Positions 39,771 to 51,758 are shown, numbered from the stretch's first letter. The stretch is DNA of 64,000 nt from Octopus vulgaris (GCA_951406725.2 OX597818.1:70928001-70992000), one strand, 5' to 3'. A program made the numbers and translations. The notes: generated by a model not told the origin, from the sequence alone.

Positions 39771-40259
39771 ACACAGAAATCCAGGAGAAGGCAGAGGAGG
39801 AGGAGGAAGAGGTGAGGGCAAAACAAACTTCATGCTCAGCAAAATACGAATCCACCTCCAGACTAACAGTTGAATATTTTTCAGAGACATGAGATGTACC
39901 AGCAAACAATTAACACTTTCAGTTTGTGTTCATAGAAATTAAAAATGAAAAGAAATTGCAATTGAATTGAATTAATGTTTCCTTTATTGCCAAAAATATT
40001 TGTCACACTTTCAGTTCTTCATATCTTTCAAGAATTACTATTCTTAGAGAAATGCATCAAGTTTGCAAGCAAGGGAAATTATGCAATAATTAATTGCAAT
40101 TATAAGTTGAAGAAATATATCTTAATATAGTTTCCAACCATAATAATTTCCAACTAGCACTAACCATGTCTCATATAATCCTTATTGGCTGCCATCTTAC
40201 CGAATTTCCCAACAAAGTTTCTCTCTTCTGAAGAATCACTTTTTTTGTTTGTTTCAGAA

Positions 40260-40365
40260 ATGAGTTGTATTTTTGGATATTTACAAAATTTTTACTTGAT
40301 GGAGAAAATGTTATGGATTCATTTCTATCTTGGTTTACTGTCTGCAGGTTTCATTACAGCCAAAG
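40260..40365 (+). CDS. kirre: Kirre/Neph-like IgSF gene, start/signal-peptide exon (exon 40258-40365)
   Basis: Acceptor tttttttgtttgtttcag|. Translates MSCIFGYLQNFYLMEKMLWIHFYLGLLSAGFITAK with a hydrophobic core; alternative ATGs at 40299 and 40308. The AAG|GTAAGT phase-1 donor joins 49955 in frame (G+CC=Ala). Confidence 0.75.
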
Positions 40366-41084
40366 GTAAGTTAGATTCAAATACTTTTTTTAAAACATCC
40401 AAGACACTGAATAAGCAACACCATCTTTTCAGCCAACGAACAAGTTTATTTCCATTGTTAAATCCTTTAGAAATAGCAGCCAAGTCTTAAACTGCACTCT
40501 TCTCTCTTAGAAAGGAACAACACATTGGACAATGTAGTCCAAAATATTATATCTCGAAAAGAAGACATGATGGTCATGACTGAAGAATATCTGATCATAA
40601 GCCTGTTTGATCAGGATCGACCAAGGGCTAAACAGCAATAACAATACCAATCAACATTATTATTGTTGTTGTTGTTATGGTTATGATAAAGGCAGAATAT
40701 TGAAGGTAAGAGTTGTGCTAGTTAACCTCGGTTGTTGAGAAAACCGGAGATCATAGGAGTTTCAGCCATGACCATCCATCTTTAATGTATATCTAAGACT
40801 ACAGTGATAATAGGGCAGGATTTGAAGATTCTGCAGCTTTTCTAGAAAGTCAGTAATAAAGAGGTTGACTCTTTCTGGAGGTGAAGAGGACAGTGAGAGA
40901 ATTGGTAAGCAAAGTTAATTTGATGGAGAAATTGGAATTTAGCAGAGCAAGTTGAGAGGTGACAGGCAGACAGATACACAGAGTTAATTAATGATTAAGT
41001 ACTATCTGTAAGTATATTAGAATTAATTACAAAAAGTGACAGCGAGTGTAGTGTTTGTGATGCTAAGATGTAAATGGATAATGA

Positions 41085-41280
41085 AGGCAGCAGGCTGGCA
41101 GACTCATTACCTCACGGGTCAGAATGCTTAGCAACATTCCAGCCATCTTCATGTTCTGGTTTCAAATTCTGCCATGATTCACTTTGCTTTTCATGTTTTG
41201 GGGGATTGATAAATTAAGTACCAGTTCAGCACTGGTATCAATGTAATCCACTTACCTACACCCCAAAATTACTGGCTTTA
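41085..41280 (+). mobile_element. tRNA-derived SINE (family A), degenerate
   Basis: ttcaaattctgcc...actttgcttttcat...gataaattaagtaccag. Confidence 0.65.
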
Positions 41281-42674
41281 CATCTTAAAGAATGAGAAGA
41301 TATTGGGCTGAAACAAGTGGAAGTCTTTTGATTTTTTAACTGTCCTTGTGTCCCTGAGCAACAAGCCAACAGCTTCAGTTTGCCTAAATCAATAAAAAAC
41401 CAAAAAAAAGTTTCAGCTCCATCTTCATGAGTGAGTGGTTTCTTGTGGAAAATTCATTTAGATAAAAAAAAAAAAAAGATAGTTGCATGAAGAAGGAAAC
41501 TATGCCACCTGTGTAAATGCAAAGGGATAAATGGGAAACAAAAGGCTTGAGTTTATGTTCTGCAATTATTGCTTACAGATTAGAGAGAAATTTCAATTAA
41601 AACCACTATTGATCAGCAGCTTTTAATATTTTTCATGTGTGGGAGTGTCTTAATAAAGAAAACAGAAGAAATAAAACAATTTTCAATTAAATACCTTAAT
41701 TTCCAATAAGAACTGAACCACAAACCTGAAGCTTACTTGGTTGTCAAAAATAATTAAAAATTATTGCATCTAGACCCCTGCCCCCTAGTGATGCTACTGA
41801 TGGTGGTGTTTGTTGGCATTCTCGGCCAACAGATTGTGCCATAGCTTTTAAATACAGGTGTTAACAGCAGGAAGGCCATCCAGCTATAAAGACAATCTCT
41901 ATGTATTTGTCTAACTTATACTTGTGTGGAAAAAGAGAGAGAAATAAATGAATTTACACACACACAGAAGATGGAGTGTACACTGCTGCTACATAAAATG
42001 CAATACCAGCTGGTGGTGAGAAGTGGGCACTGAATGCAAAGGATATGCAAAGACTGGAGAGAAATACAGAGAATGTGCTCAAGCAGATGTTAAGGTCTAT
42101 GAATGTTAGGGAAGAGATAAGCTGAGAGATTAACTGCGTACAAGAAGATTAAGATGTAGAATGAAAGATAGCAATCAAATCTCTCTCATATATTCAACTC
42201 TCTTAAAAAAGAAGGACACATTAGACAGTGTAATTCCAAGGATACAAAAGGTTGGTCATGTTTGAAATATCCTTAATTATAAGTATGCTGTATTGTAAAT
42301 AATCAGGGGCAAAATAACAACAAGGATACTTTGAATAAGATTGTATTGAATGCTGTGTGCTAATAGAAAAAAAAACTAGATGGTCATGGCTAGAATGTTT
42401 ATGATTAGATGTGAACTTAACCTCAAAGTGACATGGTGTTAAACAAGAAAGCTTTTGCTTGACTTACATTTAAATCGACGATTTCTCAACACGTTATAAA
42501 CAGGTAAAAGTCTTAAATATTAGGATAACACACCTCAATACCAATAAGGTTAAATAGCTCAGTTGAAATATCAGAATATTTTAAAGAACCAATATTTTCA
42601 TGCCATAGGTTGGTTCATTTCAGATGAGCTGACTCATTTAGTTCCAACATGACAGACATGAATAAAATAACTAC

Positions 42675-42875
42675 AGGTGGAGAGCTGGCAGAAACATTAG
42701 CAGCAAGAGTGAAATGCTTAGTGGTATTTCGTCTGTCTTTACATTCTGAGTTCAAATTCTGCCAAGATCAACTTTGCATTTCATCCTTTCAGGGTCGATA
42801 AATTAAGTACCAGTTGCGTACTGAAGGTTGATCTAATCGACTGGCCCCCTTCCCCAAAATTTCGGGCCTTGTGTC
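42675..42875 (+). mobile_element. tRNA-derived SINE (family A)
   Basis: Box A-like tggcagaaacattagc and box B-like gagttcaaattc, followed by the core tttcatcctttcagggtcgataaattaagtacc. Confidence 0.85.
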
Positions 42876-44311
42876 TGATTCTTCTGCTTCTTTTGCATGT
42901 ATATATATATATATATATATTTCATCAACAGAAATTCTAAATTGTGCGTGTGTGCTCTGAACAACCATGGTGAGCTCTTCTCAAGGAAACTATTAACACA
43001 GAAGCAACCATTTTAAGTCATTTAGCCAATGAAGGAGTTTCTACATGGTCACTCAACCCGATTAGAACTAGCAGCAAAAGCCTCCTTCAAAACACAGCCA
43101 GGAGTTTTAAAGGAAGGCATAACATATAGGATGATACAAATTTTGAGACATTTATGTCTGGAAAGAGAGAAAAATAGCTGAAAGGGCTTTGAATCACTGG
43201 TCTGCTCATTTTGTGACAACACAGTGTTAAACAAGCACAAAACATTTTATCAGCAGTTTTAGCTAAAGACACTCTATTTTCATTGATAAGTATCTCAAAC
43301 CTTGTTTTATGATTTGGGCAATACTCATTCTAAAGACAACTGGTGGGAGTGCTATATTGAGTTACTGCATTATGGGATAATGATTGCATTGATTTCATTA
43401 AAAATATAGGGGCAATCAAACTATGCACATAAATCTACATCACTTATCCTGAACATCTTGATTTTATTTAAATTTATTTATGTCCTGAAAATGGTAGCGC
43501 TCATAGTTCAGGGTAATCCCCTCAAATATAAAACATGTAAAGGATGACCATAAGACTGGTGTTGTTGGTTCAGAGAGTTTTAAAAGAATGCAGCTAACAA
43601 TAAAGCTTCAGTTAATATTTGAAGTGCAAGGAGGAAAACACAGGCTCACAGTAAATGGGATCAGTTGTTGTATGATAAAGGGATGATGACAGCTAAATTT
43701 TAATTGGTTAAAATTAGTATTGATGTTGTTAATTGAGTATTTGAAATGAAGTCAAAAGTGAAGCAACAAATTATTTAAACACAAGCACCAGAGTTGCGAT
43801 GTTGGAATGCAAGGTTGCTGATCCTGAATTGATGCTTTAGAAATGTTTCAGTGTTGTGCTCCTAAGTTTGCTAGTCTGAACATTAAGCAGAGTCTACTTC
43901 TGCTTCCTAGTGGAATGGTTAGCGGTAAGACAGGAGGGGTATCCAGTTGTGTCCCAACAGAATGGAAATCTTTGAGGTTTGAGAAAGAAGAAAAAAAGAA
44001 AACAGATTTGGTGAATAAAAGCTAGAAAGTGAAGATCATTCAATGAAAATGTTCAAATCACCATTGGGTCAGTTACTTATTGTTGTTTGGCTAAAAGCTA
44101 ACCTTGGTCAAGAAAATCATTCCTTTTTAATTGTGAGGTGTGATATGAGAGAGATTTCATAGCTATTTCTTGTGATTGCTCCTAATGATACCAACCTATT
44201 GTAATTGTTGTGTGAGAAAGTATATATAATATGATTATAAAATATAGTGTCTTTCAAAAACATCCTGAATTTGAACACTATATCTTGAGTTTAAGAAAAA
44301 ACAAAACATTT

Positions 44312-44369
<58 letters not shown>

Positions 44370-44447
44370 TATAATAAAAAGATAAAACCAATAATGATTT
44401 TACCATGTCGTCAGTGCAGAAATAAAAACCTCATAGGTAAATTTTAC

Positions 44448-44983
44448 AAAATATTTTATAATTATATACATAATTATAGCAAAGGATTGGCTTTATGCCT
44501 CACCAAGCACTGCAAGAAATAGATGCTAAATCCCCTATTACCAACTTAAAATCTCCGAGAATAACACACTATATTGTAGGTAGGCAAAAGAAAAATAACG
44601 AATCAACAAGGTTCGATTAATTGCATACAAGTTGTGAATTCTACTTGGCAGTGTATTTTTACGAGTGTGGATGGATATTGGTCATGTGATGTCACTGTTT
44701 ACATGCATATTTTGAGACACTCATAAATTTATGCTATAGAATACTGTCGCTAATGAGAGCAGTGGGTAAAATATTTTTACTTTAAGCTTGAAACACAATC
44801 TTGTATGCAGTTAGATGAACCCTGTTGATTCATTATTTTTCTTTTGCTAACCTACAATACAGTGCGTTATTCTTGGAGATCTGAAGGTGGTAATAGGGGC
44901 TTTAACATCTATTTCTTGCAGTGCACAGTGAGGCATAAAGTCTATCATTTGCTATAATTATGTATGTAATTATAAAATATTTT
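44448..44983. repeat. ~190-bp imperfect inverted repeat with ~155-bp spacer, between (TA)n tracts; probable Penelope-like terminal-repeat derivative
   Basis: 44448-44636 is the reverse complement of ~44794-44983. The spacer holds a hammerhead-like core at 44750-44805. Confidence 0.8.
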
Positions 44984-45002
44984 ATATATATATTAGATAT
45001 AT

Positions 45003-45054
<52 letters not shown>

Positions 45055-45064
45055 TACATACATA

Positions 45065-45494
45065 CAGGGTGAATAAACTGTCATCTAAATTACACAAAAA
45101 TAAAAATAACACTGACATCTCATTTTAACAGATACTAGCAGTATAACCCGGCCTTGCCCGGGATTAAGTTATGATTATTAAGCTACTCGAGTTCTTTATT
45201 TCAAACCAAACTAAGTAATATCGACAAAACACTTTTTTACTCGGCGTAAAATAAAAACAAAACTCTTTTGCACCCAAAGTAATGTGTGTGAGAGAGAGAG
45301 GGGAGGAAGATGAACGATTTAAAATAAATAAATGATTTTAAATAAATATATTGTAATTGTTGTGTGAGAAAGTATATATACTATGATTGTAAAATATAGT
45401 GTATTTCAAAAACATCCTGAATTTGAACATTATATCTTGTGTTTAAGAAAAAACAAAACATTTTACATTTTATTTTTTATAAACGCCATCGCTT

Positions 45495-45530
<36 letters not shown>

Positions 45531-46330
45531 ACTTTGTCTTTCCCTTTTTTTGTTGAGATGCCGTGAAACTCTCTTCCACTTTTCTTTATCTTATTTTTTT
45601 TGTTAGACGCTGTCAAAAAGCTATGGCTGATATTTCTTATGGCTAAAAGCTATGGCTGAAAATAGAATTTTACCGCTATCTGCAGGTGCCTTGGGGAGAA
45701 AAATAAGTTGGCAAAACCCAGATAGCGTGTTGACGAATGTCCTCCTAAAATTTGAGTGACATGTGTGCTAATTTGTTGATGTGCATAAATTACAATCACG
45801 TACACACACACACACGCACGCACGCATCATGACTTTTATAGATATGATATTTACCAAAATTACATAAAAACATCTTGAAATACTAAAGAGTAAATTTATT
45901 CAATAAAATTGCCATTGGCTTCAACCACAGCCTCCAGACGGCTTGGGAATCTCCTGCAACTCTTCTGGTTGGTCTCCTTGTTTAAGTTGGTGAATGCTGC
46001 CATCATCCTTGCCTTCAGTTCATTATTGGTGTTACAAGGAGTTTTGTTAGTCTCTCACTCAGCTGTTGACTGGATGTTTGATTTTTATCACTCTTCTTGG
46101 TACATGTCCTCATATTGACTAACACCCAAGCACCCTGAAAAGTTCATATTGGATCTTCTGGCATAAATGCCAAGCAGTACAGCATGTCGTTTCCAAATTT
46201 CTGGCTGAGTGAATTGCATCATGGTGCTCAACTAACCCTGCTATACGGTGCAGTTGACAAAATCAAAGACAAACAATGCAAACGCTTGAAATTATAAACA
46301 TAAAATGGCAACAATTTATCCATTGCACCT

Positions 46331-46332
<2 letters not shown>
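45065..46332 (-). mobile_element. Internally deleted Tc1/mariner-superfamily element, interrupted by a Helitron-like insertion
   Basis: Termini are TA|CAGGGTG...CACCTTG|TA. The minus-strand C-terminus reads ETNKTPCNTNNELKARMMAAFTNLNKE..KSCRRFPSRLEAVVEANGNFIE*. Confidence 0.75.
45135..45847 (-). mobile_element. Non-autonomous Helitron-like element
   Basis: The minus strand begins A|TC and ends CTAG|T, with a subterminal GC-rich hairpin (cccggccttgcccggg, 45146-45161). There is no TSD, and it contains internal (CT)n and (CA)n tracts. Confidence 0.7.

Positions 46333-46411
<79 letters not shown>
46333..46411. repeat. (TA)n microsatellite
   Basis: Direct reading. Confidence 0.95.
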
Positions 46412-46412
<1 letters not shown>

Positions 46413-46534
46413 CAGCCGAAATTGCGAAGATGATCCGGTTCTTGACTGATGACTTCGAAAGTCCCGTCCATGATTTTTGTGTCATCTTCTAAATGTTTCA
46501 CGTTCTTGTCCCAGTTTGTATATTTTTTTACTTT

Positions 46535-46579
<45 letters not shown>

Positions 46580-46900
46580 CATCATCATCATCATCATTTA
46601 GCGTCTGCTTTCCATGCTAGCATGGGTTGGACGGTTCAACTGGGGTCTGTGAAGCCAGAAGGCTGCATCAGGCCCAGTCTGATCTGGCAGTGTTTCTACG
46701 GCTGGATGCCCTTCCTAACGCCAACCACTCCGTGAGTGTAGTGGGTGCATTTTACGTGCCACTCGCACAGGTGCCAGACAGAGCTGGCAAATGGCCATGG
46801 ACGGATGGTGCTTTTTATGTGCCACCGGCACGGGGGCCAGGCGAGGCTGGCAACAGCCACGAACGGATGGTGCTCTTTACGTGCCACTGGCACGGAGGTC
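46580..46900 (-). mobile_element. RTE-LINE 3' terminal fragment
   Basis: (CAT)n plus tttagcgtctgctttccatgctagcatgggttggacgg, with ~60-bp ggtgc..tttacgtgccac subrepeats. Confidence 0.85.
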
Positions 46901-46909
46901 AGTCATATA

Positions 46910-47174
46910 TATATGAGTTATGGAATGGAGTAAATAAAACCTGGGCAACATATGTTTCGTAGCAAGCAGAACCTCAGAAGTGGCAAATATCCAAGTGAGG
47001 TGTATACCACAGGTTACTCATCGGACCAAGGGTATCTTGATTAATTAAGATACTCTTTGGCCTGAAAGTACTCTGCAGTGTACACCTCACTTGGATATTT
47101 ACCACTTCCAAAGTTCTGCTTGCTATGAAACATATGTTGCCCAGACTTTATCCCCTCTATTCCTTAACTCATAT
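46910..47174. repeat. ~265-bp spacerless palindrome (MITE-like hairpin)
   Basis: atatgagtta...tatcttgatt|aattaagata...taactcatat; the arms pair along essentially the whole length with scattered mismatches. Confidence 0.88.
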
Positions 47175-47439
47175 TTTTATTTGCATGACTGGCACTCCTG
47201 GCTGCCTACTCCTTTTCTCTCTTTTACTTGTTTCAGTCATTTGACTGTGGCCATGCTGGGGCATCTACCATGAAATATAAAATAATTTTTTTCAGTTTAT
47301 CATACTTTGATAAAGAAAAAAATCCATAACGTTCTGCTCCAATAAACCACTATTGTTCCTGAAAGTTGCTTTTTTGTATTTTCAATAGATTGCTTGAAGC
47401 TCACCTTTTCCCTACACCTCGATCTTTGGATCTTATATT

Positions 47440-47484
<45 letters not shown>

Positions 47485-47496
47485 ATATATATATAA

Positions 47497-47690
47497 TGCT
47501 TAGCGGTATTTCGTCTGTTGTTACGTTTTGAGTTCAAACTCCGCCGAGGTCAACTTTGCCTTTCATCTTCTCGGGGTCGATAAATAAAGTACCAGTTTCG
47601 CACTGGGGTCGGTGTAATCGACTTAATCCCTTTGTCTGTCCTTGTTTGTCCCCTCTATGTTTAGCTCCTTGTGGGTAGTAGAGAAATATA
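47497..47690 (+). mobile_element. tRNA-derived SINE (family A), 5'-truncated, CpG-retaining
   Basis: atgcttagcggtatttcgtctg...gagttcaaactccgccgaggtcaactttgcctttcatc...ggggtcgataaataaagtacc. Confidence 0.85.
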
Positions 47691-47693
47691 TAT

Positions 47694-47769
47694 ATATAGT
47701 TGAAATTTACAGAAAAACAAAAGACTTTTAGAGTGTGCTTCTTGTTTAGGTATATGAATCACTGACAAC

Positions 47770-47803
<34 letters not shown>

Positions 47804-48043
47804 GGCATGGAAAACGAATGTTAGATGTTGATGGTGATGATATATTCACCATGTTTGACAGTTGAAATCTACCAGTTGTTTTCATTCTCTCTCTCTTTAT
47901 TTTCTCTTATTCCTTTCTGTTGAAGAGTGTAGGCTCGAAACCTAAAAGACCTTTTCCTTTTTCCCAAGCATCAAACTAATACACTTGCTTGTTGTTCATA
48001 CACCTGTCTTCATCTTTTGTTTTTCTATAAATTTCAGCTATAT
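47694..48043. mobile_element. Element with ~30-bp terminal inverted repeats in (TA)n, with a minimal hammerhead-like motif (Penelope-like)
   Basis: tatagttgaaatttacagaaaaacaaaaga ... tcttttgttttttctataaatttcagctata; TTGAAGA-G-tgtagg-CTC-GAAAC at 47920-47941. Confidence 0.55.
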
Positions 48044-48050
48044 ATATATA

Positions 48051-48815
48051 GGTACAAGATTTTCTGGGCTGGGAACACTGACGGGGTCAGGGGCATGGGT
48101 ATAATTATCGCTGAAAATTGGGTAGATAAGGTAATTGAGGTAGTCAGAGTATGCAACAATACTTAAGATTAGATTAGTGCTTCATCATGGATTAACAACC
48201 ATTATATCAGCCTATTCCCCTCAGCCAGGGCTACCTGATGGACAGAAAGACCGATTCTATGACACCCTACTGCAGACTACCTCATTGACAAACGACAGGG
48301 ACCTTCTCTTTGTGGATGGTGACTTCAATGGGCATGTTGGATGACATGCTGGGGGCTTCCATGGCGTACATGGAGGCTATGGTTATGGTTCCTGCAACAA
48401 GGAGGGAACCAGGCTGCTGGAGTTCTGCGATGCAAATGATCTTATGGTTTGCAACACTAACTTCAGGAAACCTACCAGCCACCTCGTCACCTACCGATCG
48501 GGCCGACATACTAGCCAAATCGACTACATCCTTGCCAGAAAAAGGGAAAGATGGCTGCTTATAAATGCCAAAACCTTCCCAAGCAAAGAATGTACCCCAC
48601 AACATAGACTGGTAGTTAGTGACTTTAGGATCAGGACTAAGAGGACGACCAGAAGACGACCAACATGGAGAAGAAGGATCTGGAAGCTTAAAGATCCTGC
48701 GACAGAGACTTAGGGACATATTACTTGAAGCCTTTGATGAAGTAGAAGGGGATATAGCTTCACATGGGGTAGAAGACAACTGGAGGTTTCTAAGGGACAA
48801 CCTGCTGAGAGCCAC
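48051..48815 (+). mobile_element. RTE-clade LINE, APE endonuclease fragment
   Basis: FWAGNTDGVRG, ISAYSPQPGL, GDFNGHVG, NTNFRK..SHLVTYRSG..SQIDYIL, QHRLVVSDF; contains stops and frameshifts. Confidence 0.9.
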
Positions 48816-49509
48816 TGTTATTTAGAACAGATTGTGTGACAGTGAAATGAATAAATTTGTCTTCTAATCACACACACACTATCCCCACCTCTCTTTTTCT
48901 ATTTCATCTGCTGGTTGAACTAAAGCACTGTTTCTAAACTTCTTTCTCTTGCTCTGCACTTCAATTCTCCAAGAAAAATGTCCCTCACCAAGAATACAGA
49001 ATGTCAGTAGATAGCTTATTCTTTTATTTATTTCAGTCATTTGACTGTAGCCATGCTGTACTTATTATGTTAGTCTGTTTGCCAAACCACTAAGTTACAG
49101 GGACATAAACACACCAACATCAGTTGTCAATCACTGGTGGAGGGGCACAAACACGCAAACATATACATATATATACAACAGGCTTCTTTCAGTACCCATG
49201 TGACTGAGAAGCAAGCTTCTTCCCACACAGCCATGCCTATGCATGTAAGTAATTAAGAGAAGTTTTAATTAAAACTTTTTTGCAAGTTTTATTCCCTTGT
49301 TACTTGCTTTGCCCCATTCTGAAGTAATCCTTTCAGTAAGACAGGTGCCCTCGCCTCATCAGAAGAACAATGCACTAAAGAAGGGATGAGTCTGTTCATT
49401 GCTTCAGCAAGATAGTTACCATTAAGGGTGCTATGATTTTTGGCTCAACTTGAGACTCGAGTGACAAAGAGGGTATTTTTGTTTTAAATACATAAACAAA
49501 TGAACATCC

Positions 49510-49544
<35 letters not shown>

Positions 49545-49868
49545 CGTGTGTGCGTGTGCACGTGTGAGTGTGTTTACACAAACAGACAGACAGACATGTT
49601 TGCATTTGTAAATTAAACAGGATTATGTACCTGAATCTACAGATTTCATGCAATTGATTTTCTTGTCCACTGTATTGATCTGTGACTTCACTAACAAGGG
49701 CAGTCAATCCTCCTCTGGTCACTTGTACAAAGCATTTCAGTTCAGATGTTGTATTCCCGTCTACATTTAATAGGACAAGCAAATTACTGCACTCTGCTCA
49801 CTACTAACACAACTCTTATATTGCAACATAATTCAGGTTTTAATTATACATATTGTATACATACTTGC

Positions 49869-49900
<32 letters not shown>

Positions 49901-49954
49901 ACATATGAGTATATATATCTCTGTATATAAAATCTATGTATATTTCTATTTCAG

Positions 49955-50146
49955 CCATTCAACCACAAGAATTTGTCCAAATTCCAGTCAACCAATCAGT
50001 GATAGAAGGATCAACAGCTACTTTAAAATGTCAAGTTAAAAATAGAGTAGGAAAATTACAATGGACAAAAAATAAATTTATTTTAGGCGTAGACCGAAAT
50101 TTACCAAGTTATGAAAGATATTCAATGGTTGGAAATCCAGCAAGAG
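49955..50146 (+). CDS. kirre: Kirre/Neph-like gene, Ig domain 1 N-terminal exon
   Basis: tttctatttcag| acceptor and |GTAAAT donor, 192 nt, phase 1-1. IQPQEFVQIPVNQSVIEGSTATLKCQVKNRVGKLQWTKNKFILGVDRNLPSYERYSMVG resembles Kirre/Rst Ig1 (LQWTK..F.LG..RNL..(F/Y)ERYSM(V/I)G). Confidence 0.92.
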
Positions 50147-50335
50147 GTAAATATACTGCTAACTCTTTTTTTATTGACAACATCATCATCATCATGATGA
50201 TGATGAACATATATAGCTAGAAAACAAGTATTAGTAAAGTGTGTGTGTATTCTTTTACTTGTTTCAGTCATTGGACAGCAGCCATGCTTGGGATTTGATC
50301 AATGGAAACTAAAAGAAGCCATTCATACACACACT

Positions 50336-50370
<35 letters not shown>

Positions 50371-51635
50371 GTATGTATTGATGCATGTGTGTGTGTGTCC
50401 TTGCTAGCATGAATATGTGTGAGACTAACTGTCTCTGAAATTTACTCTATGCAGACATAATTTTTTATGTTTATTAGTTTCCATTGCTTCAAAATTTTCT
50501 TCTAGTTAACTTGATTTGCTTATTGTCAAACTATAACTTCAGTCTTCACTAGACACTGCTCTTATAAAGTTGTTTATATATAAATGAGTGAATAGTTTAG
50601 TTCTCTTCAAACTGTTTTTCTTAACAGAATCAAAATAATGCTTCAGTTTTTAACCACATGTCCTCTTTTTAAGCTGGAATGTTTTACCCCAACTTCTTTC
50701 ACAGTGAGTCTTGTTACTTTAACATATTCAATTATGTATAATGTTACATGCTGCATTTTCTAGAAGTTGACACTGATTTACACAGTCTGTAGCCATTTTC
50801 CTCTCAGACATATTCTTTCACTATTTTCTGGGTTGTGTAATCCAAGTTTAAGTAGTAGGAATATTGTAAGCAATGAACTGAGATCTGCTATTAATCCTGA
50901 AAACTATACATATTGGAGAGCACAAAAGAATGCTTGCAGTTCATTTTAGGAAATGTATGAGTATCTCATGAAAATCCTTGTTATCAGTATCTTTTTGTTC
51001 TCTTTATGTCAGATGAATATTTTAACAGGGTCCAAGTGGTCAACGACCACATTTTACTCCAATGTCTAAGTTTTGTCATCATTCTCAGGGATGAATGACA
51101 TTCCTAACACCAAGCATTTTACAGAGTGTACTGGAGGCATTTTATGATGGTGCCAACCCTATCTAAAAGCCTTTCCCTCAAAAAACTAAAGACCTCTCAA
51201 CACTGCATTGTTGCTGCTTGATTTGCCAACCCCCTTACAGAGTGTATTGGGTGCATATTTGTCATGCCACCAGAACCGGTGGGGCTGCATTATAATTTGC
51301 AGTGAAATTAATGTATGGTGGGAAGAACAAATTTATTATTATAGAAGAATGGTAATGGAGAAAATAACAGGGTGTTAGGATGTTGGTAAAGTAGAATAAT
51401 AAAAGAGACAGGAAAGAGGGCACAGGAGAGAGTAAAATCAGGGGTTAGTGTGGAAAAGAGAAGAGCAGAGTAGCAAGGCTGATGGGTTAAGTAGGGAGTA
51501 ACTCTGCCTTGTCCCACGTTATACATATTGCAACATCAGGTCAAAATATTAGTTTTAAAAATTATAAATATTTATTTTAATGTTTAAATATTGAAAGAAT
51601 TTTCAATCTCACTTTGTATTTTTTTCCTCTTACAG

Positions 51636-51758
51636 ACGAGTTCCATCTACGAATTGTATCTGCTAAATTAGAAGATGATGGCTTGTATCAATGTCAGGTT
51701 GGACAAACAGAAGAAGCTGAAGGCATCAGAAGCAACACTGTTAAACTCACAGTTTTAT
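51636..51758 (+). CDS. kirre: Kirre/Neph-like gene, Ig domain 1 C-terminal exon (absent from ORF track)
   Basis: ttttttttcctcttacag| acceptor and |GTTAGT donor, 123 nt, phase 1-1. Encodes (D)EFHLRIVSAKLEDDGLYQCQVGQTEEAEGIRSNTVKLTVL, containing the Ig DxGxYxC motif. Confidence 0.92.

Noticed and set aside
46412-46519. CTGATGA-cttc-GAAA hammerhead-like core between (TA)n tracts
   Set aside because: No proper helix II and no convincing helix I/III pairing.
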